Source: Eledone cirrhosa (lineage: Eukaryota). From it: a DNA stretch of 64,000 nucleotides. Within the stretch, counting starts at the first letter, position 1. Every line of letters begins with the position of its first letter. Below, one piece after another: positions 42,329 through 54,690 of this stretch. The DNA lies in the NCBI GenBank assembly GCA_964016885.1, contig CAXHJY010001750.1, positions 1 through 64,000 of the forward strand, written 5' to 3'. The notes beneath the pieces are model-generated. The model was not told where the DNA came from, ran no database searches, and saw only the letters and a program-made list of their open reading frames with translations. A program made the position numbers and the translations under genes.

Positions 42329-45300
42329 CTAACAGTGCTGCGATCGAATGTGGCTTTTTAGCCCAGCCAATGATCCAAAATGTCTTGCACAGAGTCGGCA
42401 ACCAAAACATTTACTGGGAATAGTCGGCTGTGGTTGGAGTTCGTGTACCTTTGCATGTCGCTTGAGTCCTCCTGCTGATTTACATTCTCTACCACATGTT
42501 TGGCAAGCATGATGAGTAGCATCTCCAACAGCAGCCTGGTAGTCAACCACTGGTCTTACTTTATGACTGCGAAGATGACTTTCGAGTCCAGCCTTGCTTA
42601 GGCAGAGTCTCGCACAGACGCTGCATGTCAGAAACATAGGAGGACCCTCGCCGTCTGGAAGTGCAACAGCAATACCCTTCCTCACGTCCCGCTTTACTTT
42701 CTCGTGTGCGATTCGAGATGCCTCAAAGGCAACTTTTCCCTCATATACAGTCTTTCTCCATTTATTACGATCAGCAGCAATATTTTCCCATGTATCAGCA
42801 GAGATGTTAGCGTCTTTCAGAGAGGCCTTCAAGGAATCCTTATACCTCTTTTTTGGTTTATGTGGCGGTCGTTTTCCTTTAACCAACTCTCCATAGAAGA
42901 GTTGTTTTGGTATTCTAGAATCCTTCATCCTGGCAAGGTGACCACTCCAACGGAGTCGCTGCTTAAGCACAAGAGCTTCTATACTGTCACACATAGAGCT
43001 TTCCAAAATCTCGACATCACTGATGTGGTCCCTCCAGCGAACGCCATGTATCCGTCTGAGACACATCTGATGGAAACGCTCCAATTGCTTAAGGTGGCGT
43101 CGATATGTGACCCAGGTCTCGCAGGCATAAAGAAGACAAGAGAGTACACATGCCCTGTACACCCTTACCTTTGTCCTCCTGCATATGTCTCGCCGACCCC
43201 AGAGTCGCCTTTCTAGCTTTCCGAAAGCATCACTTGCTTTCCTAATCCTAAGTGAGATTTCACCGTCAAGGTTGCCGTATCGATTGACAGTGCTTCCCAG
43301 GTAGACAAACTGATCAACCACTCCAAGTCGTTTGCCATACACATAGATGTTTGGTTCAGTGTACTGCCTACCAGGTGCAGGTTGGTACATGACGACGGTT
43401 TTCTTGAGACTGACAGTCAAACCCAGGGCAGTGCAAGCGTCAGAAAATACATTCAAAATGTGCTGCATATCACTCTCTGTGTGCGCTACAAGATCGCAAT
43501 CATCTGCATACAAGAGGTCTCTTATGACTGATGTAAATACTTTTGTCTTCGCAGCAAAGCGCCTGATGTTAAATATGCTGCCTGAGGTTCGATATCGGAT
43601 GTAAACACCATGCTCGCAATTCCTGAATGCAATACAGAAAACCATTGCAAAGTATATGGCAAACAGGGTCGGTGCTGGAATATCCCCCTGTTTCACTCCA
43701 TTTTTTACTGAGATAGGCTCCGACATGTTACCTCCGACATTAACCCAAGCCTTCATGTCGTCATGGAAAGACCTAACTAAAGCAAGGAACTTATCAGGGC
43801 AACCAAGTTTCTGGAGAACCTTCCATAATGCATCTCTGTTGACAGTATCGAAAGCCTTTGTCAGATCGACAAAAACCTGATACAGATCCAAGCCCTGTTC
43901 AATGCACTTCTCCTGGAGCTGTCTAGCTGAGAAGATCATATCAGTAGTGCCGCGTCCAACACGAAAACCAGATTGACTTTCAGGAAGGACACAATCTGCA
44001 ATGTGTGTCAGCAGACGGTCCAGAAGCACCCTACATAAAACTTTCCCCACGACAGAAAGCAATGATATACCTCTGTAGTTCCCACAATCATTCCTGTTAC
44101 CCTTTCCCTTGTACAAGACCACCATTACTGCATCTCTCCAGTCCTCAGGCACGGATTCATTAGCCCATATCCTTCCAAACAGAGAGTGAAGATGTTGCAG
44201 GAGTCTCTCACCACCATATTGTAGGAGCTCAGCATGTATGCCATCCATACCTGGAGATCTTCCACTGTTCAGCTTCGAAATAGCCACTGCAACCTCCACA
44301 AGTGTCGGAGGCTCTGCGAGAGCTACTTTCACAGGACTTTCCGGAATGAGATTGAGGAAATCTTCACTGACGACAGACGGCTGATTCAAAAGATCATCAA
44401 AGTGCTCCCGCCACCTTCGTAGAATTCCCTGTGAGTCACGAAGAAGTTCTTTGCCATCCCTGCTGCGAATCGGTGTCACCAGAGAAGAAGACGGTCCATA
44501 AACCTCACGCAAGAGACTGTACAACAGCTTTGTGTTATTGCAATCAGACGCAGTTTGTATCTCACCAGCCTTCTCACTCCACCACTGATCCTTCATCTGA
44601 GAAAGACTCCGCCTAACACGTGATTTTACATCCCTGAGCTCCTCATGCAACGTATTCCTCTCCTGTGGTCTTGCCGTCAAGTAGCGTGACAGAGCGCGCC
44701 TCTTATCAGCCAACAAGTCATCTATATGCACATCTTTCTCATTAAACCAGTCCTGATGTTTTCTCTGCACCAATCCCAGAACACGTCTTCCTACATCATA
44801 AACCGACTTTTTAAGGGTCGGCCAATCCTCACCAAGATCTGCAGCCTGCATCTCTTCTTCCAATGTCCTCTTCACATTTTTATCCTTAAGACGAGCAGCA
44901 TTCAATCTTTTGGGCAGGGTAACACCAGGAGCCCGGATTTTACGTTTGGTGATTAGATTCACTTTTGCGCGTACCAGGCGGTGGTCCGTCCAGCACTCAG
45001 CTCCACGAAGAACACGAACACACCGCACATCCTGTCTGTCACGCATCCTGACTAGGACGTAGTCCAAAAGATGCCATTCCTTAGATGCAGGATGCATCCA
45101 TGTGGTCTTGAATTTGTTCTCTTGTTGGAACATGGTGCTGGTAACACACAGATCCAGCTCCTCACACATATGCAGCAAGAGCATACCATTGCTGTTACAC
45201 TTTCCCACCCCATGCCTTCCGATTACATTCCATGTGTTAAAATCCCTACCCACTCTAGCATTAAAGTCACCAAGCACGATGACTTTGTCTGCCTGAGGGA

Positions 45301-45874
45301 TATTTCTTAAAACACCTTTCAAGGCATGGTAAAAGGACAGTTTTTCTTCATCGACAGAATTCATAGTTGGAGCATACACACTCACCAGGGTAGCATATCT
45401 TCCCTTGTCCAGCGGAACTCTCATGGACATAAGACGCTCACTAATCCCCACTGGGAATTCTTCCAATTTATTCACCAGTACAGTCTTAACAGCAAATCCT
45501 ACCCCAGCCTCTCTTCTGGTTCCTTCATCTCTTCCTTTCCAGAAGAATGTATATTCTCCACAAAATTCCGTAAGATGACCATCTCCAGCTAACCTCGTCT
45601 CAGACAAAGCCACGATGTCAAGATCGTAACGTCGAAGCTCCTTCGCAACAAGAGCGGTCCTTCGTTCAGGACGCTCCAAAGAATCCCTGTCAAGCAGCGT
45701 CCGTACGTTCCAGCAGCCAAGACTAAATGCCCTGTTTGGCTCTATTACAATGGCACGATGACGGGCGGGCCCAGGTTGTGATAACTTGGGGCCCCTGCCC
45801 TTATTGCCAATGATCCTTTTTGTTCCAGAACCCAAATTGGCAATTATCTCGTTTACATTGTTCTGGAACATCAT
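42329..45874 (-). CDS. RTE LINE polyprotein: APE endonuclease + reverse transcriptase + three C2H2 zinc fingers (1181 aa)
   Basis: APE motifs [37 protein letters not shown] motifs [31 protein letters not shown]-terminal CSVC..H..H, CQTC..H..H, CRLC..H..H. ATG start, no internal stops. Confidence 0.97.
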   Translation of the reverse strand: MMFQNNVNEIIANLGSGTKRIIGNKGRGPKLSQPGPARHRAIVIEPNRAFSLGCWNVRTLLDRDSLERPERRTALVAKELRRYDLDIVALSETRLAGDGHLTEFCGEYTFFWKGRDEGTRREAGVGFAVKTVLVNKLEEFPVGISERLMSMRVPLDKGRYATLVSVYAPTMNSVDEEKLSFYHALKGVLRNIPQADKVIVLGDFNARVGRDFNTWNVIGRHGVGKCNSNGMLLLHMCEELDLCVTSTMFQQENKFKTTWMHPASKEWHLLDYVLVRMRDRQDVRCVRVLRGAECWTDHRLVRAKVNLITKRKIRAPGVTLPKRLNAARLKDKNVKRTLEEEMQAADLGEDWPTLKKSVYDVGRRVLGLVQRKHQDWFNEKDVHIDDLLADKRRALSRYLTARPQERNTLHEELRDVKSRVRRSLSQMKDQWWSEKAGEIQTASDCNNTKLLYSLLREVYGPSSSLVTPIRSRDGKELLRDSQGILRRWREHFDDLLNQPSVVSEDFLNLIPESPVKVALAEPPTLVEVAVAISKLNSGRSPGMDGIHAELLQYGGERLLQHLHSLFGRIWANESVPEDWRDAVMVVLYKGKGNRNDCGNYRGISLLSVVGKVLCRVLLDRLLTHIADCVLPESQSGFRVGRGTTDMIFSARQLQEKCIEQGLDLYQVFVDLTKAFDTVNRDALWKVLQKLGCPDKFLALVRSFHDDMKAWVNVGGNMSEPISVKNGVKQGDIPAPTLFAIYFAMVFCIAFRNCEHGVYIRYRTSGSIFNIRRFAAKTKVFTSVIRDLLYADDCDLVAHTESDMQHILNVFSDACTALGLTVSLKKTVVMYQPAPGRQYTEPNIYVYGKRLGVVDQFVYLGSTVNRYGNLDGEISLRIRKASDAFGKLERRLWGRRDICRRTKVRVYRACVLSCLLYACETWVTYRRHLKQLERFHQMCLRRIHGVRWRDHISDVEILESSMCDSIEALVLKQRLRWSGHLARMKDSRIPKQLFYGELVKGKRPPHKPKKRYKDSLKASLKDANISADTWENIAADRNKWRKTVYEGKVAFEASRIAHEKVKRDVRKGIAVALPDGEGPPMFLTCSVCARLCLSKAGLESHLRSHKVRPVVDYQAAVGDATHHACQTCGRECKSAGGLKRHAKVHELQPQPTIPSKCFGCRLCARHFGSLAGLKSHIRSQHC

Positions 45875-45933
45875 TGAATTGGGAAAAAAAAAAAAAAAAA
45901 AAAAGGGAGAAAAAAAAAAAAAAAGTAATAATA

Positions 45934-45968
<35 letters not shown>

Positions 45969-46569
45969 ACACTATTAATAATTATTAATGCACTCGTGCA
46001 ATGCCTGTGCGTGACGAATATTTTTAAAGTGAGGAAAGACTGTGCACTGAACCAATCCCACTCTCTGAGCGACAGTAGCTATAACCCGAAAAGAAGAAAA
46101 GATCAACATCATCGGTAACTACTGAGCCGCAGGTTTTATATCGGAGTTAACCCAGTTTCCTGAGATGCCTTCTCCTAGAAGAATACCCTGACATGGGCTA
46201 GGGGTTCTTCACTCCCAGTGGTTTAACTGCGCGATCGGGCATCCAGCCCGATTATTTCTATGTCCCCGCGCAAAAAAAAAAAAAAAAAAAAAAAAAAATT
46301 ACTTATTGACACTTATACGTACGACATACACACACACGCATACATATGCGTGCACACAGCAACACTCACACACACAACAAACACACACACACGCTACTCT
46401 ACTCACTTACACGCACACACACACATATATATATATATATTACCGTCATTACTGATACAAGATTACCAGATTATGTCAACTGTTGACTTTCAAGAGTTTG
46501 TATAGTTGAAGCCGATCGTATTACAGTCCAGTATTACTATAATTGCTTTACAGCATAGAGTTATGGCTC

Positions 46570-46650
46570 TCCACGGAGTCAACAAAAGAGAGTACCAGTG
46601 ATGCGCTGGCCAGTCGCTGGATCCGTGCCAAAAGCAGAAAAATTATTATT
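46570..46650 (+). mobile_element. Diverged SINE 3' fragment within the RTE 5' leader
   Basis: ggagtcaacaaaagagagtaccagtgatgcgctgg...gtgccaaaagcagaaaaattatt aligns with the 3' half of the SINE at 57824-58016. Confidence 0.6.
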
Positions 46651-47271
46651 AAAGTTGTTCTTAAGGCCAGGTCGCTGGTGATGGTGATGGCGACGGCGGT
46701 GGCGGTGGTGGTGGTGGTGGCAGTTGATGTTGTTGTTCTGTTGTGTGTGTGTGTGTGTGTGTTTTGTTATTTTGAGTTTTTTTTTTTTTTTTTTTCCTTT
46801 CTTTTTTTTCTCCTTTTTTTTCTTTTTTTTTTTTTTTTTTCCCCTTCCCTTTTCTTTTTTCTTTTCCCTTCCTTTTTTTTATGTTTTGATGCCGCTGTTG
46901 TTGTTGTTGTTGTAATTGTTGTAAATGTTCATTTCAGTTCATTCTGAAGCTGTTGTTGCTGTAAACATTAGGGCCGGTGTTGTTGTTGTTGTAGATGTTG
47001 GGGTTGAAATCTGGTTGTTTGACTGAGTGATGTATATACACACATATACATACACACAGGTATATATATATATATATATAGGTATATATATATATATATA
47101 TAGGTATATATATATATATATATAGGTATATATATATATATATATAGGTATATATATATATATATATATAGGTATATATATATATATATATAGGTATATA
47201 TATATATATATATAGGTATATATATATATATATATATAGGTATATATATATATATATAGGTATATATATAT

Positions 47272-47302
<31 letters not shown>

Positions 47303-47329
47303 GGTATATATATATAGGTATATATATAT

Positions 47330-47360
<31 letters not shown>

Positions 47361-47410
47361 GGTATATATATATATATATATATATATAGGTATATATATA
47401 TATATATAGG

Positions 47411-47855
47411 TTACTCACTCCAACGTCGCCGTGAGCGTTATATTATCTGCATGATGTGGAAAATGTTCCATCATCACTGCCCAAATGATGTTGGCATCGC
47501 CTTCAAGATACACCCAAGGCTTGGGCCCCGTGCTATCCGTCCCATTCAAAAATCTAAATCGCAACTCATAACAACAATCCGGCACAATTATTTCACCTCA
47601 ATCGGCCCTGCTCTCTTCAACATCACACCAGGACACGTCAAAACAGAAACTGACCACACAAAATTCAAGAAGTCTTTGGACAAATTCCTCCAAGTAATCC
47701 CGGACAAACCACCCACACCCGGATATGTCTCCGTAAACAGTAATTCTCTTCTCGAATGGGCCATGGTGCCCAAATCCTGAATTGAAAGACTTCGCCAGGT
47801 GGTGCTATTAAGTTAGACATGGCCTGGGCCAATACTGGCCAAAACATTTCAAAGT
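47411..47855 (+). mobile_element. 5'-truncated LINE 3' end (CR1/L2-group-like) in the TA satellite
   Basis: ORF 47451-47780 contains YFTSIGPALFN...FKKSLDKFLQVIPDKPPTPGY..SNSL, a typical post-RT C-terminus. A short 3' UTR runs into (TA)n. Confidence 0.75.
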
Positions 47856-47896
47856 TATATATATATATATAGGTATATATATATATACAGGTATAG

Positions 47897-49229
47897 CAAG
47901 TGTTGTTTAGAAATAATTTTTGCACCCATTTTTGCGAATAAGTAAAGACAGAGTTATCGTTCTTGAGATTTCGCCTGGTGAAATTTAAGGAACTGATGTC
48001 GCTAAAGCGTCAACTTATTTACCCGCACTGTTGCATCATGGGAGAGGTTAGGGTTGATTTTTTTTTTTTAAATAAAAAGGCGAGTTTTTTTAATTTACTC
48101 CTTGCCACCGTGTTTGTTGTTTGATATAAATAAATAAATAAAGGAATTAATTCCATCCCACACCTCCCTCTAATCTGAATATCTAATTACCATGATGTCG
48201 GGAGGGGTTAATGTAAACAAAGGGCAATATGTAATCTCTACACCGGCCTCATAATAATTACTATTGTTCTCCTATTTTTCTTCAAAGTGATTTCGCTTCT
48301 TTATTTCATAGAATCATGGCTAATTAATTTAAAGCCACTCACTGACGATCTCCGGCCTCTCACCCTCAGATGTTCTGTCTTCTACAACCCCTTTTAAAAC
48401 AATGAAATGTGTATTCAACGATGTAGATGTGCGTACCTTGATAATCATATAAACACAGGATGGTCACGGCAGGAATCCCATCGATTACACACATGTCGGA
48501 TCATCTTGTCTTGCTCGTTCAAGACCTGTGAATAAAAGTAAACAACAGCAACACGTCTCTACGTCTACGCTCCACTTGATAGAAATAGCAGCCAGGTTTC
48601 CTAAGAATTACGGAAGTGAATTAGCTGTGACACATGTAAATACAATCTTTTATATTTTATCTGTGTAGGAAGATATTAACAATGTTTTTACTTTTGATTA
48701 TGTATATTTAAATATATGTCTTGATCGCTCAGATCTGACTTGTCAATGAAAGTAAACAACAGCTACCTTATGAAATTTTCACCATTTAAACCCCAAAATG
48801 CATAGAGACATATATAAGTATATATATATATATATACTCGAAATTATATATATATACGCCAAATTTTTACACGGTAGACAAACAGTTCCCATAACCTGAA
48901 TAGGTCCTCTGAGAACCGACTTATGTATATAGAATCAATGAGATTCCAGCGTTGACCAATATGTGTATATATGACTATCTAAAACTACATCTTCTAATGT
49001 GTCCTTCATTATTTTAAAACGTGACGAGCGATAAATATTTGGCTGCTATTTCCAGCAATAATTCTAATGTCACTTTTGTGTGAATATCTAGTAATTAGTA
49101 TATTCTCTTCTAAATCTTTCTTATTTGTTGGGGCTTGTTTAAGACGTCAGCCCCCGTCGGGCTTGACCCAACAGAAGTACGAAGGTTGGCTGAATATGAA
49201 GGACTGATGCTAGAGCTGGGAAATCTTGA
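47897..49229 (+). repeat. Right arm of palindrome 2 (1,333 bp)
   Basis: Reverse complement of 38147-39479. TTTTTGC-N15-GAGTTATC at 47929-47958. Confidence 0.95.
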
Positions 49230-49798
49230 GTATATACCTATATACACATATATATATATACCTATATACACATACCTATATATACATATATATATACCTA
49301 TATATATATATATATATCTATATAGGTATATATATATATATATATCTATATAGGTATATATATATATATGTATATATATATGTGTATATATATATAGGTA
49401 TATATATATATAGGTATATGTATATATATATGTGTATATATATATAGGTATATATATATATAGGTATATGTATATATATATGTGTATATATATGTGTATA
49501 TATATATAGATATATATATATATATAGGTATATATACATATATATATATAGGTATATATACATATATATATATAGGTATATATACATATATATATATAGG
49601 TATATATACATATATATATATAGGTATATATACATATATATATAGGTATATATACATATATATATATGTATATATACATATATATATATATCTATATATA
49701 TCTATATATACCTATATATATATACCTATATATATATACACATATATATGTACATATATAAATATAGGTATATATATATATGTATATATAGGTATATA
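49230..49798. repeat. TA-based microsatellite
   Basis: tataccta / tataggta / tatacata mosaic. Confidence 0.95.
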
Positions 49799-50521
49799 CT
49801 TGGAGGAGATGCTGTCCTGAATAAGACCCGCCCTACCCTTGCAAGCAGGGAAGAGCGGACGTAAAATGATGATGATGATGATGTATTGATGAACGAAGAA
49901 ATATTGTAAAGAGATTACGCAATAGTGATTGCCTAAACACGAGAAATGAATTCTTCACACGTTGCCCACGTCTGGAAACACCTCTTACATAACTACAAAG
50001 CTCCGGATTGTATTACAACATCCTAATTTTCTTATCTAGAAACTTTGGGACTTTCGCAGTTATCTCACTTACACCTCTCGCACGCAATTTAGCATTGACT
50101 GTGTGAAGAGATCGTTTCTGCACATGCGCATTTGTATGGTTGCCCTTCCTGTTCCGTATAACCATGTCTATTGCAAGCTGAGGATCCGCTAAGGTGAAAC
50201 AATTGTTCTCGGTATGGTGATCTAACTGTTGTGTAACCACTTCTACCTAACTCGTCCCATGGACTGAGTGCTCTACCACTACGGATATTACCTTCCAGTG
50301 TATATATAAAGAGGAAATGCGAAGTTGAAGATGTTAGGGTCGTTCATTAATTGAGCCGTTATACATATTTCAATGATGGTAGATATCGTGATTTCTTCAG
50401 ACAGCAAAAATTGATTAAAAGGTAACATTTCCATAGGTGGAAGGGGGGAGCGGACTAAAAAAATGTGTGTATTTGCTCCGAGTGTCCGCTCCTTCTAATT
50501 TTCAGATCATCCCGACAGTAG

Positions 50522-50715
50522 TGCTTGTTTCTCTCATTTCTCGCTCTCTCTCTCTCGTTTCTCTCATCTCTCTCTTGTTTCTCTCATCTCTCTCTCTCTC
50601 TTGTTTCTCTCGTCTCTCTCTCTCTCTCGTTTCATCTCTCTCTCTCTCGTTTCATCTCTCTTTCTCTCTCTCTCTCTCTCTCGTTTCATCTCTCCATCTC
50701 TCTCTCTCTCGTTTC
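50522..50715. repeat. (CT)n-derived microsatellite (SINE-tail associated)
   Basis: ctcgtttcatctctctc units abutting a minus-strand SINE fragment at about 50715-50825. Confidence 0.85.
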
Positions 50716-51139
50716 ATTTTTTATCAACCTCGAAAGGATGAAAGGCAAAGTTGACCTTGGCAGAGTTTGAATTAAGAGAGCTGGAACGAATACTATAAAG
50801 CATTCTAATGACTGTCAATTCACCACATCTTATCACAATGTATGTATGGACCCGTAACTCCTGATAGTAAGGGCACTGTAGTGACATATGGTGTTTCTTC
50901 AGCACTTTGTTTGAGCCTGGCAGAGCCCAACTCCTCTCCAGATCTTAACCCAGCAGATTTCTTCAAAAGAAGGAGAGGAAGTGAGAAAGAGTTATAGAGG
51001 AAGAATCAACCTTGAAAACCAATGTTGACCTTGACTGGATTGGAATTCAGAAATCACAAGAGATCCAGAACGAATATAGTAAAACATTCTTTCTAACAGT
51101 CTAGCAACTCTGTCAATTCACCACCACTTCTCTCAATAT

Positions 51140-51410
51140 ACAGGTAGAACCGCTTTTTCTTTGAATTGAGAGATCACAGCTCTGATATTATGGGCATATG
51201 GGTAGGATGTCTCAAGAAAGAATTGCTAGACAGATTTTATGGGCAAAACCAAGATGGTTGGATAACATCCATGAGCTTGGCTGGTCATGCTTGGGGATCC
51301 AGCCGAATCAGTTGGAGACAGTTGCTTCTGACAGGACCCACTGGAAGGAGTGTTTGAAGACTCTGCCCCCACGACACTATCAGGAATAAGTGGGTGAAGA
51401 AGAAGAGAAG
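51140..51410 (+). mobile_element. RTE-like LINE 3' fragment with (GAA)n tail; related copy at 58480-58700
   Basis: GRMSQERIARQILWAKPRWLDNI...DRTHWKECL and a shared tail caagaataagt.gg.gaagaagaa. Confidence 0.7.
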
Positions 51411-51954
51411 ACTAGCAAGTCTGTAGAAGGGCAAAGTTGAATAAATCAACACCAGTACTTGACTGGTACTTTGTTTTATTGAACATGGAAGGATAAAAGG
51501 TAAAGTTGGCCTTAGTGGGATTTGAACAAATACCAACCACAATGCCATATTATCCAACACCCTACTTACCAGTTTACAAATCCACCCCATTCCCTATTTT
51601 ACTGACCTGCATAACAATGAAAGAAAGGCAAATTCAACACTTTGACGTAATTAAATGATCCAAGGCCTTATTATTCTTTGATGGATGCTCTACCAATTCT
51701 GTCAATCAACCAACCACCACCACTGTCACCATTGCCCGGATGACAGTAATGCAAATAAAAAAGAGTAAAAAAAGAAAAAAGCAGAAAAAAAGGGATTGAC
51801 AAAGAAAGCAGTGAGCAAAGAATGAAAATAAGATTTAGCAAACAATAGGGTCCTGGTTTCACATTGAAGCAGTGGTAGTGGTGTGTGTCTGGTACCATTT
51901 TAACAGATATTCCTTCTCCTTCTCTCACACCAATTCCTGTCTATTGTCAAATGA

Positions 51955-52175
51955 TAATGATGGTTTCTACTTTAGGCACAAGGCCAGCAATTTTTTGGGA
52001 AAAGGTAAAATCGATTAAATTGACCCACAGTGCATTACTGGTGCATATTTATCAACCTCGTAAGGATAAAAGGCAAAGCTAACCTCAGCGAGATTTGAAC
52101 TCAGAACGTAAAAGGTCATAATTCTGTGCTGCGAAGCATATTGTCCGGCGCTCTACTGATACTGCCAATCCACCG
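51955..52175 (-). mobile_element. tRNA-derived SINE (same family as 57824-58016)
   Basis: The reverse complement has ggtggattggcagtatc, ctgagttcaaatctc and ctttgccttttatccttacgaggttgataaaat. Partial copies near 34615, 35865, 51430, 52183, 55500, 55670, 60400 and 61000. Confidence 0.85.
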
Positions 52176-52400
52176 TCAAATAATAATTGTTTCTACTTTA
52201 GGCACAAGGCCAGCAATTACCCAGTGCATTACTGGTACTTTATTTTATCGAATTTAGCCACAAGGTCAATAATTTGTGGAGAGGCAAAAGTTGTTTATGT
52301 CAACTCCAGTATGTATCTGGCATTTTATTTTTATTATATCAATCCCATAAGGATAAAAGGCGAAGTTGACCAGGTGGAATTTGAAATCAGAACAAACACC

Positions 52401-53295
52401 TTAACCCTTTAGTATTTACATTACTCTATATATATACTATTATATTTTCACGATAAACAATACCTTAACATAAGTATGAGCAGTCAGATATGGCCAGTTT
52501 GAACAGAAAGAGGGAAGGTGAGAGGATACAGCTGGTTTAATAACAATGATAATAATGAAATTATTGTGTACAGTGCTCAGGTGCACTACAACTCATCAAA
52601 GGTGCATGTATAGTACATAGAATAATGTACAAATGTCAGGAAAATAAACAGTGTATGAGTCATGATACAATAACAATAATGAAATATTGTGCACAGTGCC
52701 CAGGTGCACCACAACCCATCAAAAAAGTGCATGTACAGTACATAGGGCAATGCACAATCATCAGTAAAATGAACAGTGCACGAGTCATGATACACACGTG
52801 TGCATGTGTATGGAAGGGACACATCAGGTGTAGTTTTGGCGTATTTCGGGAAGCATGAGTGTCTTAAAGGATGCAGTGTCTCGGCAGCTAACAATTGACG
52901 CAGGCAGTTTGTTCCATGCTTCAGCAACTCTGAGCGTGAAAAAATGTCTGCGAAAGTCATGGGAGCTGTGCTGTTTTCTTATCTTGTAGGCATGTCCACG
53001 TGTGTTAGACACATGGAGATCAAAGAGGCGCTCAGGGTTGCAGTTGGCGAGATGGTTAAAAACTTTGTGGGTATTCACCAAGTCCATTGCCAGACGTCGG
53101 AGCTTCAATGAATCCATGCCCAGGGAAGCAAGGCAATCAGAATATGGTAGGTCTCTGATGGAGGGTATGCGCTTGGTTGCACGTCTCTGAACAGTTTCCA
53201 GGAGGTCAATGTTCCGAGCAAGATAGGGGTTCCAGACTGATGATGCGAATTCCAAGTGTGGTCGCACCATAGCTGTTTAAATGCTAAAGGGTTAA
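52401..53295. mobile_element. piggyBac-like MITE (TTAA-CCCTTTAG...CTAAAGGG-TTAA) interrupted by a CR1 fragment
   Basis: TIRs ttaaccctttagtattta / taaatgctaaagggttaa, with an internal sequence shared with the copies at 56147, 57789 and 59924. Confidence 0.8.
52545..53275 (-). mobile_element. CR1-like LINE 3' fragment with repetitive 3' UTR
   Basis: ORF 52824-53270 reads VRPHLEFASSVWNP..LETVQRRATK..TRGH..FFTLRVAEAWNKLP; (ATT)n-like tail. Confidence 0.88.
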
Positions 53296-53546
53296 AACAT
53301 CTTTTCTGATGCTCTAGCCACTATACCAATTCACTACCCTAAAATAAGAAGAGGAGAGGAAGACTAAAAACCTCAAGACAAAGATGTCATTCTTCCAATG
53401 TAATTGAAAAAAAAACTTAATCTGAAAAAAATCAGAAAGATATGAGATTTAATTTAGTGAGAGAGTGTGTGTAATGTGTATATATATATATATATATATT
53501 GGTGTGTGTGTGTGTATATATATATATGTGTGTGTGTATATATATA

Positions 53547-53600
<54 letters not shown>

Positions 53601-53614
53601 CATGTAATATATAT

Positions 53615-53719
53615 TATGAAGGATTTGGGACCCCGATGACTGAGCTGCTGTTTCAGCAGTTATGCATCTAGGTGTTGAAACAGCAGGAGCTCAACTGTCG
53701 GGGTCCTGAATCCTTCATA
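53615..53719 (+). other. Long imperfect hairpin (~43-bp stem)
   Basis: tatgaaggatttgggaccccgatgactgagctgctgtttcagca pairs with tgttgaaacagcaggagctcaactgtcggggtcctgaatccttcata. Confidence 0.8.
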
Positions 53720-53920
53720 TTACCCACTCTACTACCACAAGTATCGAGTATTCTGTTAAGTAATGGTCTAACTGGTTTTTACTGCATCCATTCTGATTTA
53801 TATATATATATTACATATATTACATATATATATTACATATATATATATATTACATAATATATATATTACAATATATATTAGATATATATATTACATATAT
53901 ATTATATATATTATATACTT

Positions 53921-54690
53921 CTAGGGCGGGTAAAATTCCCGAGATCCATGGACGAGTTCTCTCCAGCGGTCTCTGTCCCTCATTATCGCTGCCATGTCCT
54001 GCATCTCCAACAGACCAGTGTCTGTCCTTGGGGCATCAACATACGTTAACCTTGGTCTTCCTCTTCCAGTGTGTCCATGTAGGGGCTCCCACAGGAGCAC
54101 TGAGTGCAATGTCAACTCTGGATGTCGGTGAGCATGTCCAGCTAACCTCAGTCTCCTCTGTATCACTTTTGAGCTGACTTTTGGGAGGCTCCCATACAGC
54201 TCTGAGTTTTTCATCCTCAGTGTATACTGATTAATGTTCAGAGCCATCCTCAGCATTCTCGCGGAGCACCCATCCACCATCTGAGTGAGTTTCTTGGTCA
54301 GTGTCCAAGTTTCAGACCCGTACAGCAACACAGACTCCACTACAGCAATGAAGAGGCAGATTTTCAGGTCTTTACGAAGGTCCGACTTCCACGCCGCCCA
54401 GGCTTTGCTCTTCCTCTCAACCACATCATCTTCCGTATTCCCAATCTTTGCTCCCAAATACAGGAAGTCCTTAACCAATTCTAGCGGCTTCCCGCCTACA
54501 TTAGTGATCCCCTCTGGCTTCTCAACATTCTCTACCAGATATTTTGTTTTAGTCTCATTCATTCATCGACACAGTCTCAACCTCCCGCATCAAATCCTCT
54601 GCCTCCTTCACTGTATTTGTCACCAAAACTATGTCGTCGGCAAATTCAGCATCCGATATCTTTTTCACCTTAACTCTCATGCTCTGGCTT
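53921..54690 (-). mobile_element. RTE-X-like LINE 3' fragment (pseudogenised)
   Basis: ADD motif region near 54640, then DFLYLG, ESVLLYGSETWTLT, RRLRLAGH, GRPRLTY, DRDRWR; runs into an AT tract. Confidence 0.85.

Larger units (their letters stand above)
42083..47030 (-). mobile_element. Apparently full-length RTE-clade LINE inserted in the TA satellite
   Basis: The 3' end ...GATAACGAGGGGGCAGCCATCAT runs into (AT)n at 42083. Single intact ORF and long microsatellite-rich 5' leader. Initiator-like TCAGTC at 47026-47021, just before the satellite resumes. The 5' boundary is inferred. Confidence 0.8.

Noticed and set aside
42358-45592. Short ORFs overlapping the RTE
   Set aside because: Shadow ORFs in antisense or alternative frames of the genuine LINE coding sequence.
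48047-48056. Telomeric repeat (ggttagggtt)
   Set aside because: Single copy, expected by chance.
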